A stretch of 64,000 nucleotides of DNA, from assembly GCF_006345805.1 (NCBI RefSeq), contig NC_042997.1:137950001-138014000 (forward strand). Direction: 5' to 3'. A model generated the notes under the pieces. That model saw only the letters and a program-made list of their open reading frames with translations, was not told where the DNA came from and did no database searches. Shown here piece after piece: positions 1 to 12,252 of the stretch. This DNA comes from Octopus sinensis. Taxonomy: Eukaryota. The position numbers were made by a program, and so were the translations under genes. Position 1 is the stretch's first letter, and every line of letters starts with the position of its first letter.

Positions 1-140
1 TAAGAACCCACCAAAACTTTCTCTAGGACAATTCACAAACTCTCAAAATATCTTAAAAGATCTAAAATTTTTCAAAAGTTTTGAAGTTATGAAATTTTAA
101 AGTGTCAAAAGTTTTAAAGTTTCAGAGGCTTCAAAAAGGT

Positions 141-310
141 CGCGTGCGCGCCCGCGCGTGTGTGTGTGCACGTGTGTGCGTGTGCGTGCATGCGTGCATG
201 CGTGAGTGAGTGAGTGAGTGAGAGAGAGAAGTGGGTAGGTAGATTGATAGATGGATAGCTAGGTAGAAAGAAAGAAAGAAAGAAAGGAAGACAGACAGAC
301 AGACAGAAAG
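141..310. repeat. Compound microsatellite (GC/GT, GTGA, GA, GATA, GAAA, GACA blocks)
   Basis: Successive simple-repeat blocks read directly; they explain ORF 114..326. Confidence 0.9.
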
Positions 311-384
311 AACCTACATTTGGCATGTGGATAACCTTATTGCTGGTTGTTGGGTTTAATCACAAATGCTTACAGATCAAAGAT

Positions 385-612
385 CCTTCATCAAATGTTC
401 ATTTTGCATTTTTGTTCAAATAGTGGTCATTTCTGTTGTCAGTTAAAGGCTCTGGAAGAAGTAGATGTACTTCTAGCTATCAAGCTCATTCTGGCAGTTA
501 AGATGCTGGGCACTTTCTTCCTAATGAAGTATATTTCCATAATCTCGAGGTTGACTGCATCTGTCCCCTTACCAGTATATGGGTGGAGAAATCCCCACCA
601 CATTGTCTGTGG
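385..612 (-). pseudogene. Possible highly degenerate Tc1/mariner (DD37D-like) transposase C-terminal fragment
   Basis: Minus-strand frames give DNVVGISPPIYW..QPRDYG and LIARSTS..LFE. These loosely recall the WPPSSPDLNPLDY and GGYFE motifs. Many stops and frameshifts. Confidence 0.3.
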
Positions 613-748
613 TATTGGAACATGCTGAGATTTTTTTGAGATTTTGTGAATTATTCTAGGGAAATTACTTTAGGGTTTTTTGAAGTTTAAAAATATTTTC
701 TTTAAGTGAATTTTTGAAATTCTTTAAAATTTTATATATATATATATA

Positions 749-1157
749 CTCTTTACTCTTTTTACTTGTTTCAGTCATTTGACTGCGGCCATGCTGGAGC
801 ACTGCCTTTAGTCGAGCAAATCGACCCCGGGACTTATTCTTTGTAAGCCCAGTACTTATTCTATCAGTCTCTTTTGCCGAACCGCTAAGTGACGGGGATG
901 TAAACACACCAGCATCGGTTGTCAAGCAATGCTAGGGGAACAAACACAGACACACAAACATATTCACACACACTTATATATATGTACATATATACGACAG
1001 GCTTCTTTCAGTTTCCGTCTACCAAATCCACTCACAAGGCATTGGTCGGCCCGGGGCTATAGCAGAAGACACTTGCCCAAGATGCCACGCAGTGGGACTG
1101 AACCCGGAACCATGTGGTTGGTTAGCAAGCTACTTACCGAACAGCCACTCCTGCGCC

Positions 1158-1160
<3 letters not shown>
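749..1160 (-). mobile_element. tRNA-derived SINE (octopus OK-like family), copy 1 of a tandem duplicate
   Basis: Reverse complement starts TAGGCGCAGGAGTGGCTGTTCGGTAAG, has a B-box-like GGTTCAGTCCCAC, a central TGAGTGGATTTGGTAGACGGAAACTGAAAGAAGCC domain and a tail AAAGAGTAAAGAG. The family recurs throughout the window. Confidence 0.9.
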
Positions 1161-1191
<31 letters not shown>

Positions 1192-1192
<1 letters not shown>

Positions 1193-1600
1193 TCTTTACT
1201 CTTTTTACTTGTTTCAGTCATTTGACTGCGGCCATGCTGGAGCACTGCCTTTAGTCGAGCAAATCGACCCCGGGACTTATTCTTTGTAAGCCCAGTACTT
1301 ATTCTATCAGTCTCTTTTGCCGAACCGCTAAGTGACGGGGATGTAAACACACCAGCATCGGTTGTCAAGCAATGCTAGGGGAACAAACACAGACACACAA
1401 ACATATTCACACACACTTATATATATGTACATATATACGACAGGCTTCTTTCAGTTTCCGTCTACCAAATCCACTCACAAGGCATTGGTCGGCCCGGGGC
1501 TATAGCAGAAGACACTTGCCCAAGATGCCACGCAGTGGGACTGAACCCGGAACCATGTGGTTGGTTAGCAAGCTACTTACCGAACAGCCACTCCTGCGCC

Positions 1601-1603
<3 letters not shown>
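1192..1603 (-). mobile_element. tRNA-derived SINE, copy 2 (identical to 749-1160)
   Basis: Same sequence at a 443-bp offset, separated from copy 1 by (AT)n. Confidence 0.9.
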
Positions 1604-1649
<46 letters not shown>

Positions 1650-2716
1650 AAAAGTCCCCTTTTGACTTGTTTTTAACTTTTAACCTGAAATTCCCAGTTG
1701 TATCTTGCAATTTCCATAATAGTGAAATCCCTTAACCTGAGGTAGCTGTAATGTCAAATATGCCTGTATATATATGAAATCTATATTCTAAAAAGGTATT
1801 TGTTTCAGACTTTTAATTGGCTATCATCATAACAGCTCTTGCATACAAGGGCAATAAAAAGATCATAGGCTTTGTACAATAGAGGACTCAAAATACTTCT
1901 AGCAAATAAAAGATAACATAATTGGAGAGATAAACTTTTCAAATAATTTTACCTTTATTGTAATAACATCAGGTAAATTGATAGATTGCAATTAACTAAC
2001 TAAACAGGAATAATTTATCCATAAAATGAAAGCATATCCTATATTAGCATCTCAATTACTGGAATGTAAATAATTGGATAAGATTTTGCTTTTTAGATCT
2101 AAGTATAAACAATCACACGTTTTGTTTAATTTTCTACATGAACTCTGTAAAATCACAAAACCTGGGATTCATAACAAATGACACAAATGGCAATTTACAC
2201 CGACTTTTAAACACAAATACAGATTTATTTATATGGCATGGCTATATGGTAGGAAGGTTGCTTCCCAATTACATCGTTCTGGGTTCAGTCCTACTGTGTG
2301 GCAACTTGGGCAAGCGTCTTCATTTTGCATCTAAAAGTTTTTCAACCCAATAAGTACATGCTATTATTTGCCTCAGGATTCACTGTTCCAGTAAATATAT
2401 ATATTCTTTTACATGTTTCAGCCTTTAGGGTGTCGCCATGCTGGAGCACTGTCTGGAAACCTTGTGGCATACTTAGATTGTTGAAAAAAATCGATAATAG
2501 GGCCCATCCAATGGATCCTCCTATCTACTACATATTACTAATATTTTATTTAAACAACCCAAAGGAAATAACCCATACCACCTGCAGTTTTTAGCAAATT
2601 GATCAATATTTGATTCTCATGATCAGCTGATCTAATTCTGCATTTCACTACTCAGTTTTGAACTGCTAAACATTATCATTACACTTCATTGATTTGAATC
2701 TTAAACCTTAAAGACT

Positions 2717-3153
2717 TCATTCATACATTTCTATACATATGTGCTTTTTTGAATGCCCATTACTCCGATAATTCTGCATTTTTACAGTTACACTTTTTCC
2801 ATGACAGTCGATAACTGTTTTATTCCACAACGTATTTGTAGTGGCTTCATGCAGGCATATCATGGATTTGATCCTCAATTGCCAAATTTCACTTAACATT
2901 TCAACAGCACTTTTCTCACGATAAAACAATAGTTTTTTCTGTGAATGACAGCAGTTATACATTTCCCAGATGCCTTCACTAAGCAGAATAATATCTTTAC
3001 CACTTGACCCTTCTAACCTCCTGTAGGCCACCAGGGGCTGGAATGGAGATAACAGACCTCCAATGAAACCATTTGTTCTCAACAATATGTCTATCCTTCT
3101 GGCTGCTTTTTGATAGTTACAAAAACAAGAACTCTGTAAGCTAAAGGCAGTTA
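2717..3153 (-). CDS. Candidate terminal coding exon or unrecognised TE remnant (~145 aa open frame)
   Basis: Long open frame in non-repetitive AT-rich DNA with an acceptor-like ttgctctcag upstream. No recognisable motif. Confidence 0.2.
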
Positions 3154-3654
3154 CTGAGAGCAACCATCAGTGAGTGTGAACATTTTTATTGCACTTTCTT
3201 CATTTTATTCTTAAACATTAAACACTTCATTCATATATTTATATACATATATATTACATTTATATATTACCTTTAATAAATTAGCCTTCATAAAGTTAAC
3301 CTTTATTATGCCATGACGTGTCAGAGTATTTTCTTGCCAACCTCCAACAATCTCTCCCTCCTCCAGCTGACAGTTTTTTGTACTTTTTCACAATGGAAAA
3401 AAAACTTTTGTGGCAGTCATAATGAAATTGCTTTCTTATATCAGAGTAATAAGACGTTCCTATAGAATATCTTTACCACCGAGAATTACCGGGAACACTA
3501 GCTAGTATATATATATATATATAAAACAGAATATGGAGTTTAGCTCACTGGTGATCTAAATGAATAGGTATGCTGGGTAAGTGCTGTAGTGGATTATCAG
3601 GGTTCCAAGCTCATAACTGAGATGAGTGCTGTAGATCCATTTTAGGTTTCTGAC

Positions 3655-3656
<2 letters not shown>

Positions 3657-3720
<64 letters not shown>
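3657..3720. repeat. (CA)n microsatellite
   Basis: Direct reading. Confidence 0.95.
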
Positions 3721-3724
<4 letters not shown>

Positions 3725-4335
3725 TGGTGTGATTTCTTTTAGTGTAAGGCAGGAAAGAAAGAAATATATGAAAATACTTCAATTTGAACATTATTTTATG
3801 AGAAATTCATATTTCTTTAAGTCTTAGACAACAAACCTGACTGGAGGAGTTTCTGCCTGGCATTCAATTTACTAGAAACATCAATTATATCTTTATATCG
3901 TACCCTAGGAGAGACACATAGCATAGTTTAATTCTAGATATACTATACCAGGTAAAAAGGAAAAAAAAAAAAGGAAAAAAATGATATGATCACAGCTGGA
4001 ATGTCTTTCCTCAGAAGTCTGCTTGACTAAATATATTATATGATTATTATGAAACTGATGCACTGCCTGTTGTACTAAGCTGTAAATAGTAACCTAGAGA
4101 AGCACACATGAAATGTGACAAAGGTTTTAATTGCTTAATAGAGGTTTATCAAAAGGTTAGAAATTAGAACTAAGAGGCAACAACACGATTCTATCCTGTG
4201 TTGAAGAACAAATATGAAGATGACAAATTTTCAGTGCAATCTTAATAATTGAATGAACCATGAGATTAATTCTATTCTTGATTGGTGGAATAAGGGTTGA
4301 TAAATATATTTTGTTTTCATAGCCAATATAAAATA

Positions 4336-5189
4336 TTGGGTCATCCCACAAACAATGTGGGTTTTTTTTATACTTCTTTTATTTTTCAAAATTAAGATAA
4401 ACAAATTTCTTAAAATATACTCTCCATTTTCTACCATGCTCTTCCATCTCTCTGATAGACTTGCAAGGCTCCTCATCCAAAATACTCACAGAATTCATAC
4501 TGATTTTGAAGACTACAGAATAAATGATAATCAGATGGGGCAACGTCCAGGAAATATGGTGGGCAGGATAGCGTTTCCCATTCAAGCTGCTCCAGCCTTT
4601 GGAAGATCATACTTGATGTATGTGGCCAAGCATTATCCTGATAGAAGAACACCTTTCATCTTGAAACCAAAGATGGTCGTTTTTCTTCTAGCACTGACTT
4701 GAATGACTGGTTGAATGACAAAATCCAAGCTTCTCTGCTAATTCCTCAACAGTTACAATTGGATTTTGTTCCACCAGTGTTTGCAGGACATCCTCGTTGA
4801 GCTCTACAGATCTTCCAGGATGAGGCTCATCTTCTAGGCTGTAGTTTCCAGCTTGGAATTTCTGGAATCACCATTGACATTGGCTTACACTTACTGTGCG
4901 ATCCCCATATACTGCATTAATATTCCTTGCACTTTTTGTTGCGTTGTTGCTTTACTGAGCTCATAAAGCAAAATATGCCAAATATGCTCCTTTATCACTT
5001 CTATTATAGCTTTCAAAAAATAATTGTTATAATGGAACTTCATTCTTCAAAACTTGCACTAAGAATAAGGACAGGGTAAAATTACTACCTGCTTTTATAG
5101 CAAGTTGATGCTGGTAGTTAATTTTGTCCCCCGCCAACTTTTAGTTCATGGAATTGAAAAAAAACTGCATTATTTATGGGATGACCCAA
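4336..5189 (-). mobile_element. Internally deleted mariner transposon (pseudogenised transposase)
   Basis: TIRs TTGGGTCATCCCACAAACAATG and CATTATTTATGGGATGACCCAA, with TA on both sides. The minus strand encodes the N-terminal HTH region (EHIWHILLYE..NATKSARNINAVYG..FQKFQAGNYSLEDEPHPGR) and the C-terminus (QDNAWPHT..WETLSCPPYFLDVAPSDYHLFCSLQN). The middle is missing. Confidence 0.93.
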
Positions 5190-6189
5190 TATATGGTTAG
5201 GGAATATTCTGCAATTTATGGTGAAAAGATTAAGGAGCAAGAACATGATGAACATCTTGTAACCACCTCATTTCAGTTCCTAATTAGAATTGCTTTCTTT
5301 CATTTATTTCAATAATGGAAAGCCATGAACATCACAACTTCCCATTACTTTCCAATAAAAAAGTCAAGTTTTTTCAAATGATTTAAAAGTTAGGGTAGAT
5401 GGGATGAATTAAGACACTAAGATGCCAAACTTTAATGGTTTTCAGCAATTTAGTTTTCCACTATTCTGGAATAACGCCAACTGAAGTTATTAGTCTTGAT
5501 TCCTCAAGAGTTGATAAGTCTTCAAAATATGTTGAACTTAGTCTTTTCTCAAACTTAGAAGTCTGAAGTTTCATGTCTTCACAAAGAAATAACAAGGACA
5601 GAGTGATTAGCAATAGTAGAACAGGCTTGAAAATAAAAGGCTACATTTTATGGTGTAATAATGTTTAATTTTTACTTTATGGTATGAATCACACACACGG
5701 CAGTTAGAAATAAGATTATGGGTGCAGAGATACAGAAAACATGTTTTGGCAAATTCAGATATTATTAATAACAGAAAAGGAATGTTATTTCAATGAATCT
5801 GACTTCCAGTTATCTAAATGAAATAATCTTATTAACTGTGGAGAGTTTGATGAAGTTTTGATTCAAAGCAGAGACTAACTGGACCAAGAACTTTAAAACA
5901 TTTGATTTGGAGATGTGTCTCAGCTCTTTCTACCACTATTACACACCCATCTGGATCAGGTGACTTGCCTGCACCAATAAATCACATTGGTTGTCACTAG
6001 CTGAAATATCTCATCTGTGCACACCATGACTACACATGACACCTATAGTTTGCTAACTGAACTGGTTGATCCTAGCCATCGACAATCTGTTGTCAGTTCA
6101 TCTGCTCAGCATTTTGGTGTTATTTGCTATTGATTGAATAAAATTTATTTGCTAAAATAGTTCACATCCATTATGTTGCATTCCATGGC

Positions 6190-6350
6190 TTGAGTGGTTA
6201 CTTGATTGCTGGAACCCTGAAAAGTGCTGTTACTCCAGGACTGAGTCAACCCAGGTACAAAGTGGCTAAGAGGTAGTCCCATATTCCTCAACACACAGGA
6301 ACTCCCAAACCAGGGCCCCACTGCCAGATGTCATTTAAAGTCATACCCAT
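6190..6350 (+). repeat. Unclassified dispersed repeat (related copies at ~42030-42340 + and ~53905-54170 -)
   Basis: Shared motifs ACCCTGAAAAGTGCTGTTACTCCAGG, CTAAGAGGT and ATGTCATTTAAAGTCATACCC between copies. Confidence 0.6.
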
Positions 6351-7284
6351 GTATAAGAAAAGAAAATCCATCTAGAGCCAACACAAAGAAGAAAGGACAG
6401 TGGCACAGGTGGAAAAAAATTGAAAGGAGACAAATGTAGGGTAGAGAAAACTCTTTTAGTCTTGTTCGCAACAAGACAACCACTCTAGTGTTGGTGTTGC
6501 AATAAAATGTACTTGCTGTGAATTGGTTGGCAATTAGAAAGGGCATCCAGTCATAGAAACTTTACAAAAAAAAATAAAAAGGGAACTATAAAAGGGACAT
6601 GGTCCCTAACCAATCTAGGATGGCAGTGACACTGAATAAGAACCATCTCCGACTCAGACCATAGTGACCTGTCCAATCTATGCCAGTATGAAAATAAGCT
6701 GATGATATACAAGTCAATTGCTGTCATAATTTGATAAAAGGGGGAGAGGGAGGGAGGGAGGGAGGGAGAGGGATAGAAATAAATAAAGAATAAATAAAGA
6801 TAGAAAGAAAGAAAGGAAGAAAGAAAGGCATAATTATCACATTAAAAGTAAATATGTGCTATACTGAATATTTAAGTTAGTTTGGGGGTGTCTCTGGCAA
6901 TCGAGTGTGACATTAGATAGAAAGTAGAATAGCAAACACTTAAGATAAAAGGCTGATATCTGAACAGTTTATCCACCTCATCAAAAGTTTCATTGTACTG
7001 GTATTGAAAAACTATAATTACCAAAGTCTACAATCACAGATAACGAAAATTAATAATGTTGATAAGTGAAATTAATAATGTTGATAACAGGTATTTTGCA
7101 TACAAAATATCAGGTCTAAACATATAAATTCTACAAGTAATTTCTGCAAAACATATCTTGTTTGTTGTTTATCGTTTTTTTTTTTAGCCATTTCACATTT
7201 CTTTCAATAAACTGAGTCCCATAACATGTTGAGCTGTAGGGAGTGCTAATTGGAGACTTACAGCTTCACGTGATGTTATCTAGA

Positions 7285-7704
7285 GGAGTGGTCCCCAACT
7301 TTGTCACCATGGACTGGTTTCATGCAAGAAAATTTTTCCACAGACCAGGGTACCAAGCACATAAGAAAATATAATAAAGACCATAATCATCATAAACATT
7401 TAATGTCCATTTCCCAGTCTAGCATGGGTTGCATGGCTTGACACGAACTGGCAATGCTAGGGGCTACATCAGGTTCCATGGTCTTTTTTGGCTTGGTTTC
7501 TATAGCTGGATGCCCTTCCTAAGAGCAACTGTATATAATTCAATTATTACATATGTAATACATATACAACGAAAAAAACACTCCCACAGACTGTGACAGT
7601 CAATGAAATAGAAATAATATTTTAAAATTTATTCTTTCTGTGTGGTCTGGTACCAAATGTTCCATGGCCCAGTATTGGTCTGTGGCACAGTGGTTGGGGA
7701 TATG
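7285..7704. mobile_element. Degenerate hAT-type MITE with inserted SINE fragment
   Basis: Ends GAGTGGTCCCCAAC and GTTGGGGATATGTG resemble hAT/Charlie TIRs. No clear target duplication. Confidence 0.45.
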
Positions 7705-7785
7705 TGCATAAAAGCACATATTTATCACAGTATTTGGCATTCTGACAAAATAATCATGTTAGGATTGCCTTTTCGTATATTCTTT

Positions 7786-7816
<31 letters not shown>

Positions 7817-8023
7817 ATATGTATATATATATATATGATGAGGATATATTGATAGAAATGGTAAGACAATAAAAGAATGAAAGAGACTTCGATATTAAGT
7901 AAATAGAGGAATTTATCTGTAAATGTGACAATTATTCAGTACCAAATAATTGTCACATATTACATTTACAGATATATACACACATATACATACATATACA
8001 AGCATATATATACATACATACAT

Positions 8024-8062
<39 letters not shown>

Positions 8063-8063
<1 letters not shown>

Positions 8064-8155
8064 ATTAAAAGTGGGGAAGGCCGGTTTATGGGATTACTCT
8101 TAGTTTCCTGTCAACCCAGGATAATCCCATAAACCAGCCTTCCCCACTTTTGATA
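8063..8155. repeat. Near-perfect ~90-bp inverted repeat (mini-MITE or hairpin RNA)
   Basis: AAAAGTGGGGAAGGCCGGTTTATGGGATTA (8067-8096) pairs with 8122-8151 with one mismatch. TA lies at both outer ends. Confidence 0.9.
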
Positions 8156-8841
8156 TATATTGCTCTACATCTTAGAGTGTGCTTCTTCTCCGAATTTATG
8201 TTTTCCCTAAGTCAGAAAAATAGGCAGTTGTATACTTGTCAAGAGAGCTGGTACATTAATCAAAGTATACAGTATTATAGAGCCATTACAGCTAATTGAT
8301 AAGATCAGCTGGAATGGGTCTATAATATACTGTTTATTTTAATACACACACATACAGAGTGGTGAATATGTAGTACATCTATAAAGAAGTGAATACATAG
8401 TACATGTTTATAGCTAGCTTGACTGAATGATTTGAAAGTTAACCATGGACTCAACTCTGAGACAAGTTAAGGACAAAGATATATGTTTATAGCTACAATT
8501 CTTATTTCAGTAGAAAAAAGTCTGTTTTTTATTATTTTCTTTTGCTTGTTCCAATCATTGGACTGCAGTCATACTGGGGCACTGTCTTCAAAGTTACAAA
8601 TTCTTTTTATCAACACCTGTAGTTTGGTCCTTATTTTATGGTAAAACAGTAAAAATAACAGTTGACCTGAGTATAAAGAAGCATAACTTAAATGGAACTA
8701 AATACCACAAAGAATCTTTTCATTTGGTGATCCAACATACATACATACATACACACACATAAAAGATAAATAAATCTGAGCTGGTTCCTCATCACCTTCA
8801 TAAATACTGTCTAAAGGAATATATATATAAACACAATTTAC

Positions 8842-8865
8842 CTTAAAGTAAACCAGCTATACAGT
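8842..8865 (-). CDS. Candidate 24-nt microexon (LYSWFTL)
   Basis: Acceptor atttcag, donor AAG|gtaaat, open frames. Short enough to occur by chance. Confidence 0.25.
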
Positions 8866-10655
8866 CTGAAATTCCAGGGTTAATAAATTAGTCAGGGTAT
8901 AATACATTAAATTGAATATAGGAATTTATGGCATAAATTATTTGATCATTTTAACACTACATGGAATATATACATTTCATGAATATAAATATCGATTTCA
9001 AATTTTGGCATAGAGCTAGCAAGTTTGGGGAGTAGAGTAAGTTGATTCCATCAACCCCAGTGTTCAACTGGTACTTTATTGGCTCCAAAAGGACGAAAGG
9101 CAAAGATGACCTCGGCAGAAACTGTACTCAGAATCTAATGATGGATGAAATACCACTAAAGCATTCTATTCAACACACTAACATCTGCCAACTCACCACC
9201 ATGAATATAGATATAATAAAGGATAAAGATTCCTTTTGGTCATAAATGAACATGGGATTACACCAAGAAAGTTACCCTCTGAAGCACAAGTCCAGACAAG
9301 GTTGTTTATGGAAGACCAGTCTGGATCAGGAATTGAACTCACTACCTCATGATCATAAGCCAGATGCCGTAACCACTGAGCCATGTGCCTTCACTGACTA
9401 TAAATATTAATGATGAAATATAAATGAATTTATAAAATATATAGAATTACAATATATTGATATAAACCAGAAGCATTTCTTCAAATAAAGTTTCAAAAAT
9501 AATATACTCTTGAAACTGTGTTTGAGGAATATTTATGTTCATGAAATGTATTTTCCATGTAGTGTTGAATTGAACATAATTAAAGAATTTAATGACACAT
9601 AAATTCAAGTTTTTGACAATATACACACACATATTCAAAAGGCTTTTGCACAGTTTTTGTTTAACACTTGTCCAAAGTGAACTCATAACCACATGTTGCA
9701 AAGCAAATTCCTTAACCACATAAATATTGAAAACTAGTCTTGGCTGTGTGGTAAGAGGTTAGCTTCTCAACTACAAGGTTTTGGGTTCAGTCCAACTGCA
9801 TGGCATCTTGGGCAAATGACTACTACAGCCCTGAGCCAGCCAAAGTCTTGAGAGTGGATTTGGTAAACGGAAACTGAAAGAAACCCATTATCAAATATAA
9901 TAAATGTGAAAACTAATTTCTGTGTGTCAGTGTGTTACACTTAGACCCTCTCTTTCACTATTCAATGACACTCCTACTATTCCTCATGACAGAGTGAGAG
10001 TAATAGTAGGCATAGAGACAGTGAGGGCGGTGGCGAAGACAGACAGACAGAGAGAGAGAGAGAAAGAAAAAGAGAGGGAGAGAAAGAGAGACAAAGAAAT
10101 TTAGGGACCCACAATCCTGAAATTTTGGTTCCTAAGTTTTCATTACTGTGATTGTTTGTGGTGATTTTTTTACATGACTTTTTGCGACAAATTTTTTTTT
10201 ACAATAACAATTTTTATAATCTAAAGGCTCACTCTGTGAGTAAATTAAAAACATTCTGGGCCAAATCTGGACCTGCAATCCTGAAATTTTGGACTCCTAT
10301 GTTTTCATTACTGCTATTGTTTTTGGTGATTTTTCTTACATGATTTTTTGCAACAAATATGATCATCATTGGGATATGACTCTGGAGGAAGCAACTGCAA
10401 CAAATTCTCTAAGTCGGTGATCTGTTTGCAGATCTTCCCATTCAGGGTCAGTTGTTTAAAAGCTATATACTAGCTTAAAAGTACTAGGTTTGAAAGAATA
10501 ACACTAGGATCAATTTGTTTGACTAAACCTGGCCAGGTGGTGCTCCAACATGGCCACAGTATAATGATTGGAACAAAGATAAAAATTGCTATTTTTTGAG
10601 AATAACTATAGAAAACAAAAGAATTAGTTTTTCAAGAAGCATATTTATGTACATA

Positions 10656-11012
10656 TAGGCGTAGGAGCGGCTGTGTGGTAAGTAGCTTTCTTACAAAGCA
10701 CATGGTTCTGGGTTCAGTCCCACTTGGGCAAGTGTCTTCTGCTATAGTCTCGGGCCGACTAAAGCCTTGTGAGTGGATTTGGTAGACGGAAACTGAAAGA
10801 AGCCCGTCGTATATATGTATATATATGTATGCATGTGTGTATGTCTGTGTCTGTGCCCCCAACATCGTTTGACAACTGATGTTATCAAGAGACTGATAGA
10901 ATAAGTACTAGGCTTACAAAGAATAAGTCCTGGGGTCGATTCGTTCAACTAAAGGTGGTGCTCCAGCATGGCCACAGTCAAATGACTGAAACAAGTAAAA
11001 GAGTAAAAGAGT
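10656..11012 (+). mobile_element. tRNA-derived SINE (OK-like family), near full length
   Basis: TAGGCGTAGGAGCGGCTGTGTGGTAAG head, GGTTCAGTCCCAC B-box, central domain, tail AAAAGAGTAAAAGAGT. Confidence 0.9.
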
Positions 11013-11951
11013 ATATAAATCATCTAGTAGTGTATCTGTCACACTAACCTTTCATCATTTGATACAAAAATCACTTCCCACAACATGCCCCCGCCTCAAA
11101 GGTTTTTTTGTCTAGCAAGTTATTTGGTGACCCTGCCAGTGTTGGTGCCACGTAAAAAGCATCCGGCCCACACTGTAAAGTGGTTAGCATTTGGAAGGAC
11201 ATCCAGCTGTAAAAACCCACGAAGACACAGAAGCCTTGTTTGGCCAGCTCCTGTCAAACCATCCAACCCATGCCAGCATGAAAGGCAAATGTTAAATAAT
11301 GATGAAGATGATGATAATGATATATAATGTGTAATAAAGTAATAATATTTTGTAAATCTTAGGATTGTTGCAACATTACAGAAGACAATCTTCAAAAAGT
11401 GACTAAAGAGAATATGCAAGAGTGGTTTTTATTCTTCAAGTTAGTGAATCCTGCACAGCAAGTTAGTAAAACATTCAGAGAGACAGTGATATACAATGAA
11501 CTGTGTCTTTCTATTGAAACTCTACATATTAATGAGAAGTTGACCATAGAATGAGCCCTTTTTTTTTTAGCCCTTTTATATTTCTGTTGAAACACATTGC
11601 CCCTGCTTCATTTAATTCTGAAAATGACTAATTTGATGAAATGATTATTATTAACCTTTTTACTGCAGAAATCAGATATATTCACTCAAAATTTCAGTAT
11701 TCTTAACTGCAGAAAGCAGTTTTATATATCAATCTATCTTTGTTGAGGAATGTCATGTTCAAATCTATAAGTCAATTTTATTGAGGCAATGTGACTCACA
11801 GAAAAATATCAATTCTATTTTTTGGTAGATGTTTAACATCTTTACTGGAATAAACATGAAATTTAATTTCACAGTTAAAGGGTGAATCTAGTATTTGAAA
11901 CATTAATTAACATGAAATTTTTATGGAATGTTTTAATATAGATCACTTTCA

Positions 11952-12252
11952 AAGGTAACGACCCCCTTCGGTCATGAATGACCATGAGATTGTACCTAGA
12001 AAGTTTTCCTATGAGGCGCAAGTTCAGACAAGGTTGTATATGGAAGACCAGCAGTCGCCCATGCATACCAGCCTCCCCTCTTCATGTCACCAACGTTATC
12101 CAAGGGAAAGATGATACAACTTGGCACCAGTGACATTGCAACTCATTTCTATAACAATGTGAAATAAAGTGTCTTGCTCAAGAATACAACACAGCCTGGT
12201 CCAGGAATCAAACTCACTACTTCATGATTGTGAGCTCTAACTACTGAGCCAT
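11952..12252 (-). mobile_element. tRNA-derived SINE, second family (CORE-like TTGAGCAAGACAC domain)
   Basis: tRNA-like head on the minus strand and ACCCCCTTCGGTCATGAATGACC at the + end. Related copies at ~9215-9395 and 19851-20166. Confidence 0.8.

Noticed and set aside
141-202. Alternating purine-pyrimidine tract with Z-DNA potential
   Set aside because: Common in this microsatellite-rich genome, and nothing links it to a function.
665-1647. Repeated ORFs (MTTDAGV.., MLGEQTQ..) that look like duplicated genes
   Set aside because: They are translations of the duplicated SINE.
1685-1765. Several possible short minus-strand exons (YLRLRDFTIMEIARYNWEFQ and others)
   Set aside because: Non-consensus donors (gttaa) and several mutually exclusive readings; cannot be supported.
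5430-5625. ~58-codon minus-strand frame with a hydrophobic stretch (PVLLLLITLSLLFL..)
   Set aside because: Weak acceptor, no recognisable motif, and an equally open frame on the opposite strand.
7047-7087. 19-bp tandem duplication AAATTAATAATGTTGATAA
   Set aside because: Ordinary slippage duplication in AT-rich DNA.
10656-10730. tRNA-like sequence with B-box
   Set aside because: It is a SINE head with no complete cloverleaf. No bona fide tRNA, rRNA or snRNA gene was found in the window.
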